Position numbers and translations under genes: made by a program. From Inquilinaceae bacterium (lineage in GTDB: Bacteria > Pseudomonadota > Alphaproteobacteria > DSM-16000 > Inquilinaceae): a DNA stretch of 64,000 nt. Where the stretch lies: positions 10,534 to 74,533 of the forward strand of contig JBQLZQ010000016.1 in the NCBI GenBank assembly GCA_052168355.1. Reading direction: 5' to 3'. A model generated the notes under the pieces. The model was given only the letters and a program-made list of their open reading frames with translations, was not told the DNA's origin and did no database searches. Shown here piece by piece: positions 29,558 through 40,103 of this stretch (the first letter of the stretch is position 1; each line of letters begins with the position of its first letter).

Positions 29558-29940
29558 CGGCGCCAGCTATCCTTTGGTTAACGAGTATCTACCGTATAGC
29601 ATGGATTTCATAACAAAAGCTTACGGATAAAGCTGCGTTTCCGAAGATCCGCGCACCGGTTTGGATGGTAATGGGCCCGGAGTCGCGAAACAAGGAAGTT
29701 GGCGGTGAGCGGCCGCTGAGCCCTGTAATCGGGGCGGGTCCGCACGAGAAGAGCGCTTCGGACCCCCGGCGATATGCCAGTAATATTCGACCGTTATTCC
29801 ATAAGGCGCGGATGGCAGGCCCTTGCGGGGCCAATGGCCATTTGCTAGACAACCCAACCGCTGGGTGGTGATCGACGCGCACGGTCCACCGACCGGGCGG
29901 CGCACAGGCGATTCCAATTCGTCGAATCGTCGGCCCTTGG

Positions 29941-30017
29941 GCACCCGTAGCTCAATTGGATAGAGCACCTGACTACGAATCAGGAGGTTGGAGGTTCAAG
30001 TCCTTCCGGGTGTGCCA
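29941..30017 (+). tRNA. tRNA-Arg (anticodon ACG)
   Basis: GCACCCG/CGGGTGT acceptor stem, D arm GCTC..GAGC, anticodon loop CTACGAA, T arm GGAGG-TTCAAGT-CCTTC, and an encoded CCA. It closely resembles E. coli tRNA-Arg(ACG). Confidence 0.95.
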
Positions 30018-30250
30018 ATATTGGCCGGGCTTACCATTCCGGCCATGGCGTCGTGGGCCGCCTGGCCCCTGCCGTCACGCGATACCCTCCCGTCGGCGGC
30101 CGATTGGATGCCGCCAAAAAGGAAAGCCCGCCAAAAGACGGACTTTCCGGGAGGAGAGCATCATCATGGAGAACCGGTCGGAGTTTCCCATGGATTGGTT
30201 AATTTTTCCTTTACGACCGGTGGTTCGATTGGTTCCCGCGCACCGCAATC

Positions 30251-30694
30251 ATGGATAGCCGGCCTTTCTGGCAGACCAAGACGCTGGTCCAGATGACGGC
30301 GGTGGAGTGGGAGTCCCTGTGCGACGGGTGCGGCAAATGCTGCCTTCTCAAGGGCGAGGACGAGGATGGCGGCGGCTATATCTATACCGATGTGGCCTGC
30401 CGCCTGCTCGACCTTGGGACGTGCCGCTGCGGCAACTACGCAGAGCGCACCCGCCATGTGCCCGATTGCGTGGTGCTGACGCCCGACAGCGTCGCCACCC
30501 TCGGCTGGATGCCGTCCACCTGCGCCTACCGGCTTTTGGCCGAGGGAAGGGACCTGCCGTGGTGGCACCCGCTGGTGTCCGGGGACCCCGAGACGGTGTA
30601 TCTGGCCGGCGTGTCGGTCCGCCACCGTATCGTGTCCGAGACGGAGGTCGACGACGACGATCTGGCCGACCATATCGTCGACTGGCCCGCCTGA
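30251..30694 (+). CDS. ycgN: YcgN-family cysteine-cluster protein (UPF0260)
   Basis: [27 protein letters not shown]...[14 protein letters not shown] is the characteristic YcgN pattern. Confidence 0.85.
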   Translation: MDSRPFWQTKTLVQMTAVEWESLCDGCGKCCLLKGEDEDGGGYIYTDVACRLLDLGTCRCGNYAERTRHVPDCVVLTPDSVATLGWMPSTCAYRLLAEGRDLPWWHPLVSGDPETVYLAGVSVRHRIVSETEVDDDDLADHIVDWPA

Positions 30695-30717
30695 CACTGT
30701 CTGCGTGTCTTGAGACT

Positions 30718-30870
30718 CTAGCGCCTGTCGCTGGGATCCCGGTCCCGGCTTTTGAGCACCAGGTACATCAGCCCGCCATTGACCACCGCCACACCGACGA
30801 TCCCGACCGCCAGGGCGATCCAGCCATGCATGCTGAGGTTCATGTCGGTGAGGTTTCGCAACGCATCCAT
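30718..30870 (-). CDS. possible 50-aa single-TM peptide (below the ORF-track size cutoff)
   Basis: My own translation is MDALRNLTDMNLSMHGWIALAVGIVGVAVVNGGLMYLVLKSRDRDPSDRR. GGGAAAG lies upstream. It starts 43 nt downstream of the Rieske gene on the same strand. Confidence 0.3.
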   Translation of the reverse strand: MDALRNLTDMNLSMHGWIALAVGIVGVAVVNGGLMYLVLKSRDRDPSDRR

Positions 30871-30913
30871 GTGAAATCTTTCCCGAGGTCGGGTCGGCGG
30901 GGCGTCGGCCGGG

Positions 30914-32023
30914 TCAGCTCCGCCAGCGCAGTTCCCTCTCTCGTAGCGGGTTGCGGAAGGGTCTTTTATCCCGTTGGCACAGCTGCCATTCCCGCTTGAG
31001 GCGATAGTACCATTTCGCCTGGGTATCGGAGTCGTTGATCAGCATCAGCGTGGGATTGTGCCGCAGCCCATCCTGCTGCATGGCGACCATCCGCCGATCC
31101 TGACCCAGGAAAGCCCGGGCAAAGGCCCGCACCAGCGGTCGTGCCGGTGTCAACCATGGCTGGGTCCAGGACACGGTCACCTGGACTTCCGTCTCGGCGT
31201 CGCTGACGGGCGTGGCCGTGGTGACGGTGCTCAGGCTGTGCCGGCCGGCGGTGACGTGTTCGATGCGGATACCGGGCAGCCGGAACGCGATCTCGGTGGT
31301 GACCGCGCCGCCCAACAGCTTGTAGCCGAAGGAATTGGACGATGGCGGGTGCCGGGCCATGGTGAACCCCAGCGGCGACGGGACAAAACGCTTGGTCTTT
31401 GCGTGGATCGAGCGGCCCGACCGCCACCACCACGCCCGATGGACGAACGGCCCATGGGCCGGATCCATCAGACCCACGACCGCATGGTCGACACCGCAGG
31501 GAAAGGTCATGGTTTCCGAAACCCGGTAGGCGTCACCCAGGCTTGGCACCTGCGGCGGCGCCGGGCGGTTCGCCGGGTCGTCATGGGCGACGTCGCCGAT
31601 AAAGACCCAGACCAGACCCTGGTCCTCATGGCAGGGATAGGTCGGGACGCGGATGCGGCCGATATCGAACGCCCGGTCGTCCACCAGTGAGGGAATGGCG
31701 GTGCAGCGGCCAACGCCATCGAAGCGCCATCCATGGTAGGGACACTCGACCGTCGCCCCGTCGAACCGACCGTAGGTGAGCGGGACCCCGCGATGCGGGC
31801 AGATATCGCGCATGGCGAATGGCATGCCATCCCGACCGCGCGCCACCAGGATGGGTTCTCCCAGGACCAGGCGATGGACCATGGCGCCGGTCTTCAAACG
31901 GTCGCTGGGCAGGGCCACATACCACATGTTGCGCAGCGGTGCGTCGCGCCCGGTCGCACCCTCGTCGGCCCGCGGCGGCGGCCGGGGGGTATCGGGTTCG
32001 AACGGTGTGGGATGGAGGCTCAT
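30914..32023 (-). CDS. Rieske [2Fe-2S] non-haem-iron oxygenase, PaO/Tic55/VanA-like
   Basis: The Rieske motif CPHRGVPL...CPYHGWRF is followed by a mononuclear-iron region (VDHAVVGLMDPAHGPFVH). Confidence 0.85.
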   Translation of the reverse strand: MSLHPTPFEPDTPRPPPRADEGATGRDAPLRNMWYVALPSDRLKTGAMVHRLVLGEPILVARGRDGMPFAMRDICPHRGVPLTYGRFDGATVECPYHGWRFDGVGRCTAIPSLVDDRAFDIGRIRVPTYPCHEDQGLVWVFIGDVAHDDPANRPAPPQVPSLGDAYRVSETMTFPCGVDHAVVGLMDPAHGPFVHRAWWWRSGRSIHAKTKRFVPSPLGFTMARHPPSSNSFGYKLLGGAVTTEIAFRLPGIRIEHVTAGRHSLSTVTTATPVSDAETEVQVTVSWTQPWLTPARPLVRAFARAFLGQDRRMVAMQQDGLRHNPTLMLINDSDTQAKWYYRLKREWQLCQRDKRPFRNPLRERELRWRS

Positions 32024-32125
32024 GGGCGCCGGAAATGTTGACCGCCACGACCGAAAACCATGGAATGACCCGGTGGCGGTACGCTATCGTGAGACCCGTT
32101 CCAACAGTGCCCCGACGAGGCGTCC

Positions 32126-32533
32126 ATGACAAGTCTTGAGCAACGGTGTGTCGATGCCGGCCTGAAGATGACGGGACAGCGGCGTCTCATCCTGCAGGTG
32201 CTTGACAGTTCCGATGATCATCCGTCGGTGGAGACCGTCTATCAGCGGGCCCGTGACGCGGACTCGTCGATCAGCATCGCCACCGTCTACCGGACACTGC
32301 ATCTGCTGGACGAGATGAATCTGGTGCAGCGGCACGACTTCAACGAGAGCTATTCGCGCTTCGAGGCGAATACGGAGCACCACCACCATCTGATCGACCT
32401 GGACACGGGTGAGGTCATTGAATTCAGCAGCGCCGAGCTGGAGGCGCTCAAGGTCCGCCTTGCCGCCTCCCTCGGCTACGACTTGATCGATCACAATCTT
32501 GAGTTCTATGGCCGGCGTAAAAAAAAGCCCTGA
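32126..32533 (+). CDS. irr: Fur-family regulator, Irr-type (iron response regulator)
   Basis: A Fur winged helix is present (GQRRLILQVL...SIATVYRTLHLLDEMNLV) together with a His cluster (TEHHHHLID). No C-terminal CxxC pairs are present, which is the pattern I associate with Irr. Confidence 0.8.
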   Translation: MTSLEQRCVDAGLKMTGQRRLILQVLDSSDDHPSVETVYQRARDADSSISIATVYRTLHLLDEMNLVQRHDFNESYSRFEANTEHHHHLIDLDTGEVIEFSSAELEALKVRLAASLGYDLIDHNLEFYGRRKKKP

Positions 32534-32765
32534 ACGGCGCGATAGCGACGAGCTGCATTGCGGGTTCGACAGTCAGGACGAGGCGGCCTGTCGATGCCGG
32601 GCCGTGGTGCGCCGGGCCCATGCGGAACTGTTGGCCGATAATGTGCCAGGACCGACCGCGCTGCGCGCCGCCGTCAGGATCTATCGCCACTACCATCCCG
32701 AATGCCCGCCCAATCGGGCCGCGGATGTGGTGCAGTGCTGGGTGTTCAAGGGCCGCGTGAACTGA
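32508..32765 (+). CDS. hypothetical small Cys-rich protein (weak call)
   Basis: An 85-codon frame has host-like third-position G+C and five Cys residues. It overlaps the irr 3' end by about 26 nt. I recognised no family. Confidence 0.3.
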   Translation: MAGVKKSPERRDSDELHCGFDSQDEAACRCRAVVRRAHAELLADNVPGPTALRAAVRIYRHYHPECPPNRAADVVQCWVFKGRVN

Positions 32766-32907
32766 CGGTTCGCGCGGATCGGCGGCGGCGGCCGTCGGCG
32801 GCATGGTTCCCACGCAATCGTGATGACCATCGGCAGGCGCAACGCCCCAGGTAACCGGGGACAAGCGAGCCCGTCCCGGTACCGCCCTTCCTGACGAAAG
32901 ACCCACT

Positions 32908-33423
32908 ATGACCGCCATCCTTCCCCGCACACCCGCGCCGGCGCTCGAGGTGGAAACGCTTGATCACGGAAGCTGGCGCCTGTCCGAGCGCACACCGGAA
33001 ACCTTCACCCTGGTCGTGGTCTATCGCGGGCTGCACTGCCCGATCTGCAAGAGTTATCTGAAGGCCCTGGACGGAAAGCTGAAAGACTTGGCCGAGGCCG
33101 GCGTCGATACACTGGCGGTCAGCAGCGACGGGCGGGACCGCGCGGAGACGGCGAGGCGGGACTGGGGTTTGGAGTCCTTGACCGTCGGATACGGTCTTTC
33201 CGTCGACGCCGCGCGCCGGTGGGGCCTGTTCGTGTCCAACGCCATCAAGGATGCCGAACCTGACCAGTTCGTCGAACCCGGTCTGTTCTTGATCGATCCG
33301 AAGGGCATGCTGTTCGCGGCGTCCATCCAAACCATGCCCTTTGCCCGGCCGTCCTTCGACGATGTGCTGGGTGCCGTCAGGTATGTGGTCAAGAACAACT
33401 ATCCCGCGCGCGGCGAGGCGTGA
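32908..33423 (+). CDS. peroxiredoxin-like (AhpC/TSA family) protein
   Basis: A thioredoxin-fold pattern is present, with VVVYRGLHCPICKSYL and GLFLIDPKGMLF. Confidence 0.85.
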   Translation: MTAILPRTPAPALEVETLDHGSWRLSERTPETFTLVVVYRGLHCPICKSYLKALDGKLKDLAEAGVDTLAVSSDGRDRAETARRDWGLESLTVGYGLSVDAARRWGLFVSNAIKDAEPDQFVEPGLFLIDPKGMLFAASIQTMPFARPSFDDVLGAVRYVVKNNYPARGEA

Positions 33424-33432
33424 GAGTTATGC

Positions 33433-34440
33433 CTATGATCGGGCGAGGAACCGTTCGGCCAGGGCGACACCGCTGAGGTAGGCCGATTCCACCCGGTCGC
33501 CCAGGCACCAATCGCCGCAGGCCCCCAGACCAAGATCCCTGTCGAACAGGAAGCCGGTGTCCAGGGGGCGGACCGCCCTGGCGAATCGCCAGCGGTGCGC
33601 GGTCAGGTGGCTTGGCTGTGCCGGTTTGAGACCGGTGGATCGCCAGAACGCCGCCAGCAGGAGCGCGGCAACGCGTTCCGCCGGCTCCTCCAGATGGGCC
33701 GCGGACCATGTCGCGTCGGCGTGCAGCACCCAACACTCCTCGTTGGTCCGGCCGGGCTTGCTGCCGTTTCGCGCGACCCACGACAGGGGGCCGCCGCCTT
33801 CGATAAAGGCCCCGGCGAAGTCGGCGGCGAGAGCCGTGGGGAATGCCGCCATCACCGTCCAACAGGAGGCCATGCGGACCGTGCCCGTGGCGTCGGCCAT
33901 GGCCGGCGAGGCCGTAAGAAACGGGATCGCCTGGGGGGCCGGAACCGCCACCGCGACGCCGTCGAAGATCATGGGCTCCGTGGCGTTCTCGGCGTGGACG
34001 CGCCATCCCTCGACCCCGCGATCGATCGTCTCGATCCTGGTACCGCAATGAACGTCCAGAGAGCCCGCCAAATGTCGGGCCACCGCGTTCATCGACGGCA
34101 GGGCCGTGAGCCGTTGGCGAGGTGCGGCCTTCGATGCCTGGCCGTCCGCGATCGACAGAACCGGGCCGGCCCAAGTCGCAACGACCCCCAACGACGTCCA
34201 GTGTCGTACGGCCTTGGCGAAAACCGGGCTGGTGACGGTGAAGTACTGAGCGCCATGATCGAACCGCAACGACCCCGTCCGGCGGGTGGCCATGCGCCCG
34301 CCTGGCTCCCGACCCTTGTCGAACACCGTCACGCGAATGCCCTCTTCGGCCAGCCGGGTGGCGCAGGTCAGGCCGGCCAGCCCCGCGCCGATCACGGCGA
34401 CCTTGAATGCCGAACCGGCGCCTGCCAGGGGCTCATTCAT
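33433..34440 (-). CDS. NAD(P)/FAD-dependent oxidoreductase (amine-oxidase/renalase-like)
   Basis: The dinucleotide fold reads KVAVIGAGLAGLTCATRLAEEGIRVTVFDKGREPGGR. ATG is at 34440, and the ORF-track start at 34452 is TTG. Confidence 0.85.
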   Translation of the reverse strand: MNEPLAGAGSAFKVAVIGAGLAGLTCATRLAEEGIRVTVFDKGREPGGRMATRRTGSLRFDHGAQYFTVTSPVFAKAVRHWTSLGVVATWAGPVLSIADGQASKAAPRQRLTALPSMNAVARHLAGSLDVHCGTRIETIDRGVEGWRVHAENATEPMIFDGVAVAVPAPQAIPFLTASPAMADATGTVRMASCWTVMAAFPTALAADFAGAFIEGGGPLSWVARNGSKPGRTNEECWVLHADATWSAAHLEEPAERVAALLLAAFWRSTGLKPAQPSHLTAHRWRFARAVRPLDTGFLFDRDLGLGACGDWCLGDRVESAYLSGVALAERFLARS

Positions 34441-34480
34441 GCGGACAGCCAATCATCGTGAAATTTGGTGTAAGTCGCTC

Positions 34481-34512
34481 AAAACATAGACCGAAAAGAG
34501 AGGGGGTCTATG
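34481..34512 (-). terminator. probable intrinsic terminator after the SBP-kinase operon
   Basis: On the minus strand it reads CATAGACC-(12-nt loop)-GGTCTATG followed by TTTT. It lies 20 nt downstream of the kinase stop. Confidence 0.5.
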
Positions 34513-34531
34513 GCACCGATCCAACGAAGAC

Positions 34532-36481
<1,950 letters not shown>

Positions 36482-36486
36482 GGAGC

Positions 36487-37398
36487 TTAGAGCTGGTCCT
36501 TTGCCAGCTCGTAGAGAGCGCGCGCCGAACGCATATCGGCGTCGACATCGCCAATCGGGTCGTAGCGCGTAACCGAATAGTACGTGTCCAGAATGTCCTT
36601 CGCCGCCGGATCGTCGTGCACGCCACTCAACAGGTCCGAGATCGCGGAGGCCAGCGCCGGGTCCAGGCCGGCGCGGGACAGAAGCACGGAGCGGAGGATC
36701 GGGGCGCTGGTGTGGAATGTTCGCAGGTTGGCCTTCAGCGCCTCGGGAGCGCGGGTCGTATCCTCCCAGTCAAGGTCGCTGAAGGCGCCGGCGTCGGCCA
36801 TGCTCCGCGCCACCCAGACCGCGATATTGATCTCCCCATCGGTAAAAATGTAGCCCACCTCGTCGGCCGCGGGACGCTGTTCCGGCGAAGAGAGTTCGAC
36901 CGCGGTTAGGCCGGCCTCGCGCAGCATGGCCAAGGGCGCTAGAAATCCGCTGGTCGATCCCCGGTCCTCGAAGGCGACGACGCGGCCGCGAAGATCTTCC
37001 AATGAGTCGATCCCGCTGTCGATGCCGGCGATAAAAACGCTGCGATAGCTCGGGACGCCCTTTTTCCACTCCCGCATCAGTATGGTGGCGGCGGCCGCTT
37101 CCTCGAACCGAAGCGCGGAAAGGACCGTTTCCGACACCAAATCGACCCGACCGTCGCGCAGCATGTGAATCATCTCGGCGTTGCTGTTGGCAACCACGGC
37201 GCCACCTGACTCGATACCCAAGGCGCCAAGGCGCGCGGCCATGAAGTCGGCCATGGCTTGCAGTCGGGGCAAAGTCTTGATCGGATCTCCCGAAACGCGG
37301 CCGACGATCAGTGTTGCCTCTCGCGACGATTGCTCCTGGGCCACGCTGGGAAAAGCCAGAAAACACAATAGAAATAAGTGAAATATCGTCCGTATCAT
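36487..37398 (-). CDS. PhnD-like periplasmic substrate-binding protein
   Basis: A signal peptide is present ([14 protein letters not shown]). The fold is PhnD/ABC phosphonate-type ([39 protein letters not shown]). Its stop is 5 nt before the kinase ATG. Confidence 0.85.
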   Translation of the reverse strand: MIRTIFHLFLLCFLAFPSVAQEQSSREATLIVGRVSGDPIKTLPRLQAMADFMAARLGALGIESGGAVVANSNAEMIHMLRDGRVDLVSETVLSALRFEEAAAATILMREWKKGVPSYRSVFIAGIDSGIDSLEDLRGRVVAFEDRGSTSGFLAPLAMLREAGLTAVELSSPEQRPAADEVGYIFTDGEINIAVWVARSMADAGAFSDLDWEDTTRAPEALKANLRTFHTSAPILRSVLLSRAGLDPALASAISDLLSGVHDDPAAKDILDTYYSVTRYDPIGDVDADMRSARALYELAKDQL

Positions 37399-37627
37399 TC
37401 TCGGACCCTTTCTTGCGGAGTGGTGGCCGGTTCGCGGAAGCTTGCTATCGACGCTTTAGGGGCTGGGCATCTCGGCCGCCATCCTGTCCGCATTTTATCT
37501 AATATTGGGTTAAGGGCTGGTGCCTCGGGCGTGGTTCGCGCCGGGTGCCGTGGCCTGTTATCATCGCCGCCCGCCTGTTAATTTGGGCGGAGGGACGCCC
37601 ACGCTGGTCAGGGAATGGAGAAGGCGG

Positions 37628-39328
37628 TTGAACTTAGTCAATCGGCTGCGACTGGGCAGCGGTCTCGTGATGTTCTCCTATGTCCTTTGCCACCTCGTTA
37701 ACCATGTTTTGGGCCTGTTTTCGGTCGAGATCATGCAAGCGGGCCTGCGCGTGTCCTTCGCGATCTGGGGCTCGCTTCCGGTCACGGTGCTGCTCTACGG
37801 CGCGCTGCTGGTCCATGTCTTCATCGCGCTCAGATCGATCTGGCGGCGACGCAGCCTTAGGATGAACCAGTGGGAGGCCATGCAGCTTCTGCTCGGCCTC
37901 GCCATTCCGATCCTGTTGGCAGAGCATGTCACCGCCACCAGAGCCGCGCAGATCCTGTTCGGAGTGGAGGCGGGATACAGCAGTGTCCTCTATGTCTTTT
38001 GGGTGGCGTCGCCCCTGCGCGGTTTGATCCAGGCCTTCGCCCTGATTGTGGTCTGGATGCATGGTTGTATCGGCCTGCATTACTGGCTTCGGCTCAAGCC
38101 CTGGTATCCGGCCGCGCTTCCAACCTTGCGATCCGTCGCGTTATTGGTTCCCGCACTCTCCCTGGCCGGCTTTGTCGCGGCCGGATGGGAGGTGCGCGGT
38201 CTGGCCTTGGAACCCGGATGGGTCGCGGCTGTGACTGCCCCGGTCGCCACCCGGCCCGAGGTCGGGGCCTTCATCGCCGAGCGGTCGGGGCAGGTTCAGG
38301 TCGGATTCGTGTTTCTGGTCGCCGGGGTCTTTGCGGCGCGGGGCATGCGGCTGGTTCTGGGCAAGCGCCGGAGTGCCCCCCGGTTGACCTATCCCGGCGG
38401 ACGGGTCGCCATCGTACCGCCGGGTGGTACCGTGCTGGACACCAGCCGGGCGGCGGGCATAGCCCACGCCTCGGTCTGCGGTGGGCGGGGGCGATGCTCG
38501 ACATGCCGGGTGCATGTGGACAAGGGCCTGGAAACGCTGCCGCAGGTTTCGGCGGAGGAACGCCGGGTGCTCACCCGTATCGGCGCCCGCGACGGTATCC
38601 GGCTCGCCTGTCAGCTGCGGCCCACCGCCGATCTGACGATCACGCCGCAGCTGTCGCCCCAGACCGCGGTCCGGGAGAACACCAATCGGCCCGATTTTCT
38701 GCAGGGGGACGAACGCGAGATCGCCGTGCTGTTCGCCGACATGCGTGGTTTTACCGCCCTCTCCCACGACCGGCTGCCATTCGACGTCGTCTTTCTCCTC
38801 AACCGCTATTTCGCGGCGATGGGCGATGCGGTCGAGCAGTCCCAGGGGCGGCTCGACAAGTTCATCGGCGATGGCGTCATGGCCCTGTTCGGAGTCCGGG
38901 CGGGGCCGGAAGAAGGGTGCCGGCGGGCGCTTCTCGCGGCGCGGGCGATGGCCCGCAACCTGTCCGCGCTCAACCACGACCTGTCATCGGAACTGCCGGC
39001 GCCCCTGCGCATCGGGATCGGCATCCATGTCGGGCCGGCGATCGTTGGCGAGATGGGGTTCGGATCGGTCAAATCGCTCACCGCCATCGGCGACGCGGTC
39101 AACATCGCCAGCCGGCTGGAAGGCCTGACCAAGGCGTTCCAGGCGGAACTGGTGGTCTCCGAACGGGTGGCGCGTCGGGCGGGCGTGGACCTTTCGGCGT
39201 TCGAACTCCGCCGCACCATCATTCGCGGCCGGCCCCGTCCCTTGGCCGTCCGCGTCGTGCCGATGGCCGGCGATCTGACGATACCGGATCGTGTGCCGGA
39301 GGCGCGCGGATCCGCCGATCAGCGGTAG
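37628..39328 (+). CDS. membrane-anchored 2Fe-2S ferredoxin-domain adenylate/guanylate cyclase
   Basis: TTG at 37628 lies 5 nt after GGAGAAGG, and the ORF is open from 37520. About 230 aa form a His-rich multi-TM domain. The 2Fe-2S motif is C-x5-C-x2-C...C (CGGRGRCSTC...LACQ). A class III cyclase domain follows (IAVLFADMRGFTAL...KFIGDGVMALFG). Confidence 0.88.
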   Translation: MNLVNRLRLGSGLVMFSYVLCHLVNHVLGLFSVEIMQAGLRVSFAIWGSLPVTVLLYGALLVHVFIALRSIWRRRSLRMNQWEAMQLLLGLAIPILLAEHVTATRAAQILFGVEAGYSSVLYVFWVASPLRGLIQAFALIVVWMHGCIGLHYWLRLKPWYPAALPTLRSVALLVPALSLAGFVAAGWEVRGLALEPGWVAAVTAPVATRPEVGAFIAERSGQVQVGFVFLVAGVFAARGMRLVLGKRRSAPRLTYPGGRVAIVPPGGTVLDTSRAAGIAHASVCGGRGRCSTCRVHVDKGLETLPQVSAEERRVLTRIGARDGIRLACQLRPTADLTITPQLSPQTAVRENTNRPDFLQGDEREIAVLFADMRGFTALSHDRLPFDVVFLLNRYFAAMGDAVEQSQGRLDKFIGDGVMALFGVRAGPEEGCRRALLAARAMARNLSALNHDLSSELPAPLRIGIGIHVGPAIVGEMGFGSVKSLTAIGDAVNIASRLEGLTKAFQAELVVSERVARRAGVDLSAFELRRTIIRGRPRPLAVRVVPMAGDLTIPDRVPEARGSADQR

Positions 39329-39999
39329 CGTTCCTCCCGCCACGGGTCGGCTTCGTTGTGATAGCCGCGGACCTCCCAAAAGCCGGGTTCGTCCTCGGCC
39401 GCGAACTCGATCCGTTGGATCCATTTCGCGCTCTTCCAGAAATAGACCTTGGGCACGACGACGCGCACCGGGCCGCCATGCTCGCGCGCGATCGGTCGGC
39501 CGTCATGCTTGACCGCAAGCAGCACGTCGTCGTCGTCGAACACATCCAGCGCCAGATTGGTGGTGTAGCCGTCATAGGCATGGAACAGGACGTGCCGCGC
39601 ATCGGCCCGCGGCCGAACCACCGACAGAAGATGACGGGCGCTGACGCCTTCCCATGCGTTGTCGAACCGCGACCAGGCGGTGACGCAGTGGATATCAGAC
39701 ACGTCGTTAAAGGTCGGCTGCGCCAGCAGCGTGGCCCAGTCCCAGTCGACCGGGTTGTCGACCAGCCCGTCCACGGTCAGCCGCCAATCCTCTGGCGCGA
39801 TGTCCGGCTGTATGCCGATATCCAGGACCGGCCAGGTCTCCACTCGCCGCTGCCCCGGGGGCAGGGCCGACGGCGCCGGCCGGGCGGTCCGGCCGGTCAG
39901 CAGACGTCCATCGCGGGCCCAGGCCCGCTTGGAATCGATCAATTTGGCGTTGACGCCCTTGGGCGGCTGGTCCGCGTCCCGGTCCACGGTGCCCGTCAT
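39319..39999 (-). CDS. sulfite-oxidase-like molybdopterin-binding oxidoreductase (small, no signal peptide)
   Basis: The SUOX-fold core has the conserved Cys context DIHCVTAWSRF and the motif GGPVRVVVPKVYFWKSAKW. Its 3' end overlaps the cyclase 3' end by 10 nt. Confidence 0.85.
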   Translation of the reverse strand: MTGTVDRDADQPPKGVNAKLIDSKRAWARDGRLLTGRTARPAPSALPPGQRRVETWPVLDIGIQPDIAPEDWRLTVDGLVDNPVDWDWATLLAQPTFNDVSDIHCVTAWSRFDNAWEGVSARHLLSVVRPRADARHVLFHAYDGYTTNLALDVFDDDDVLLAVKHDGRPIAREHGGPVRVVVPKVYFWKSAKWIQRIEFAAEDEPGFWEVRGYHNEADPWREERYR

Positions 40000-40103
40000 C
40001 CTTCCTGTTTCCGCAGTGCTCTATGTGGGAAGCGGTGCTGGCCGCCAAACAGGGCGCACGATATAGTGATCGGCCGCCGTCCCGTAAGAGCCCCGACCCC
40101 ATC

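Noticed and set aside
29941-30250. tRNA-Arg, and also tRNA-Gly at 56663-56736, as possible integration sites of mobile elements
   Set aside because: No integrase, excisionase or phage-like genes lie next to either tRNA. I found no duplicated copy of the tRNA 3' end nearby. The flanking genes are ordinary chromosomal genes with normal composition.
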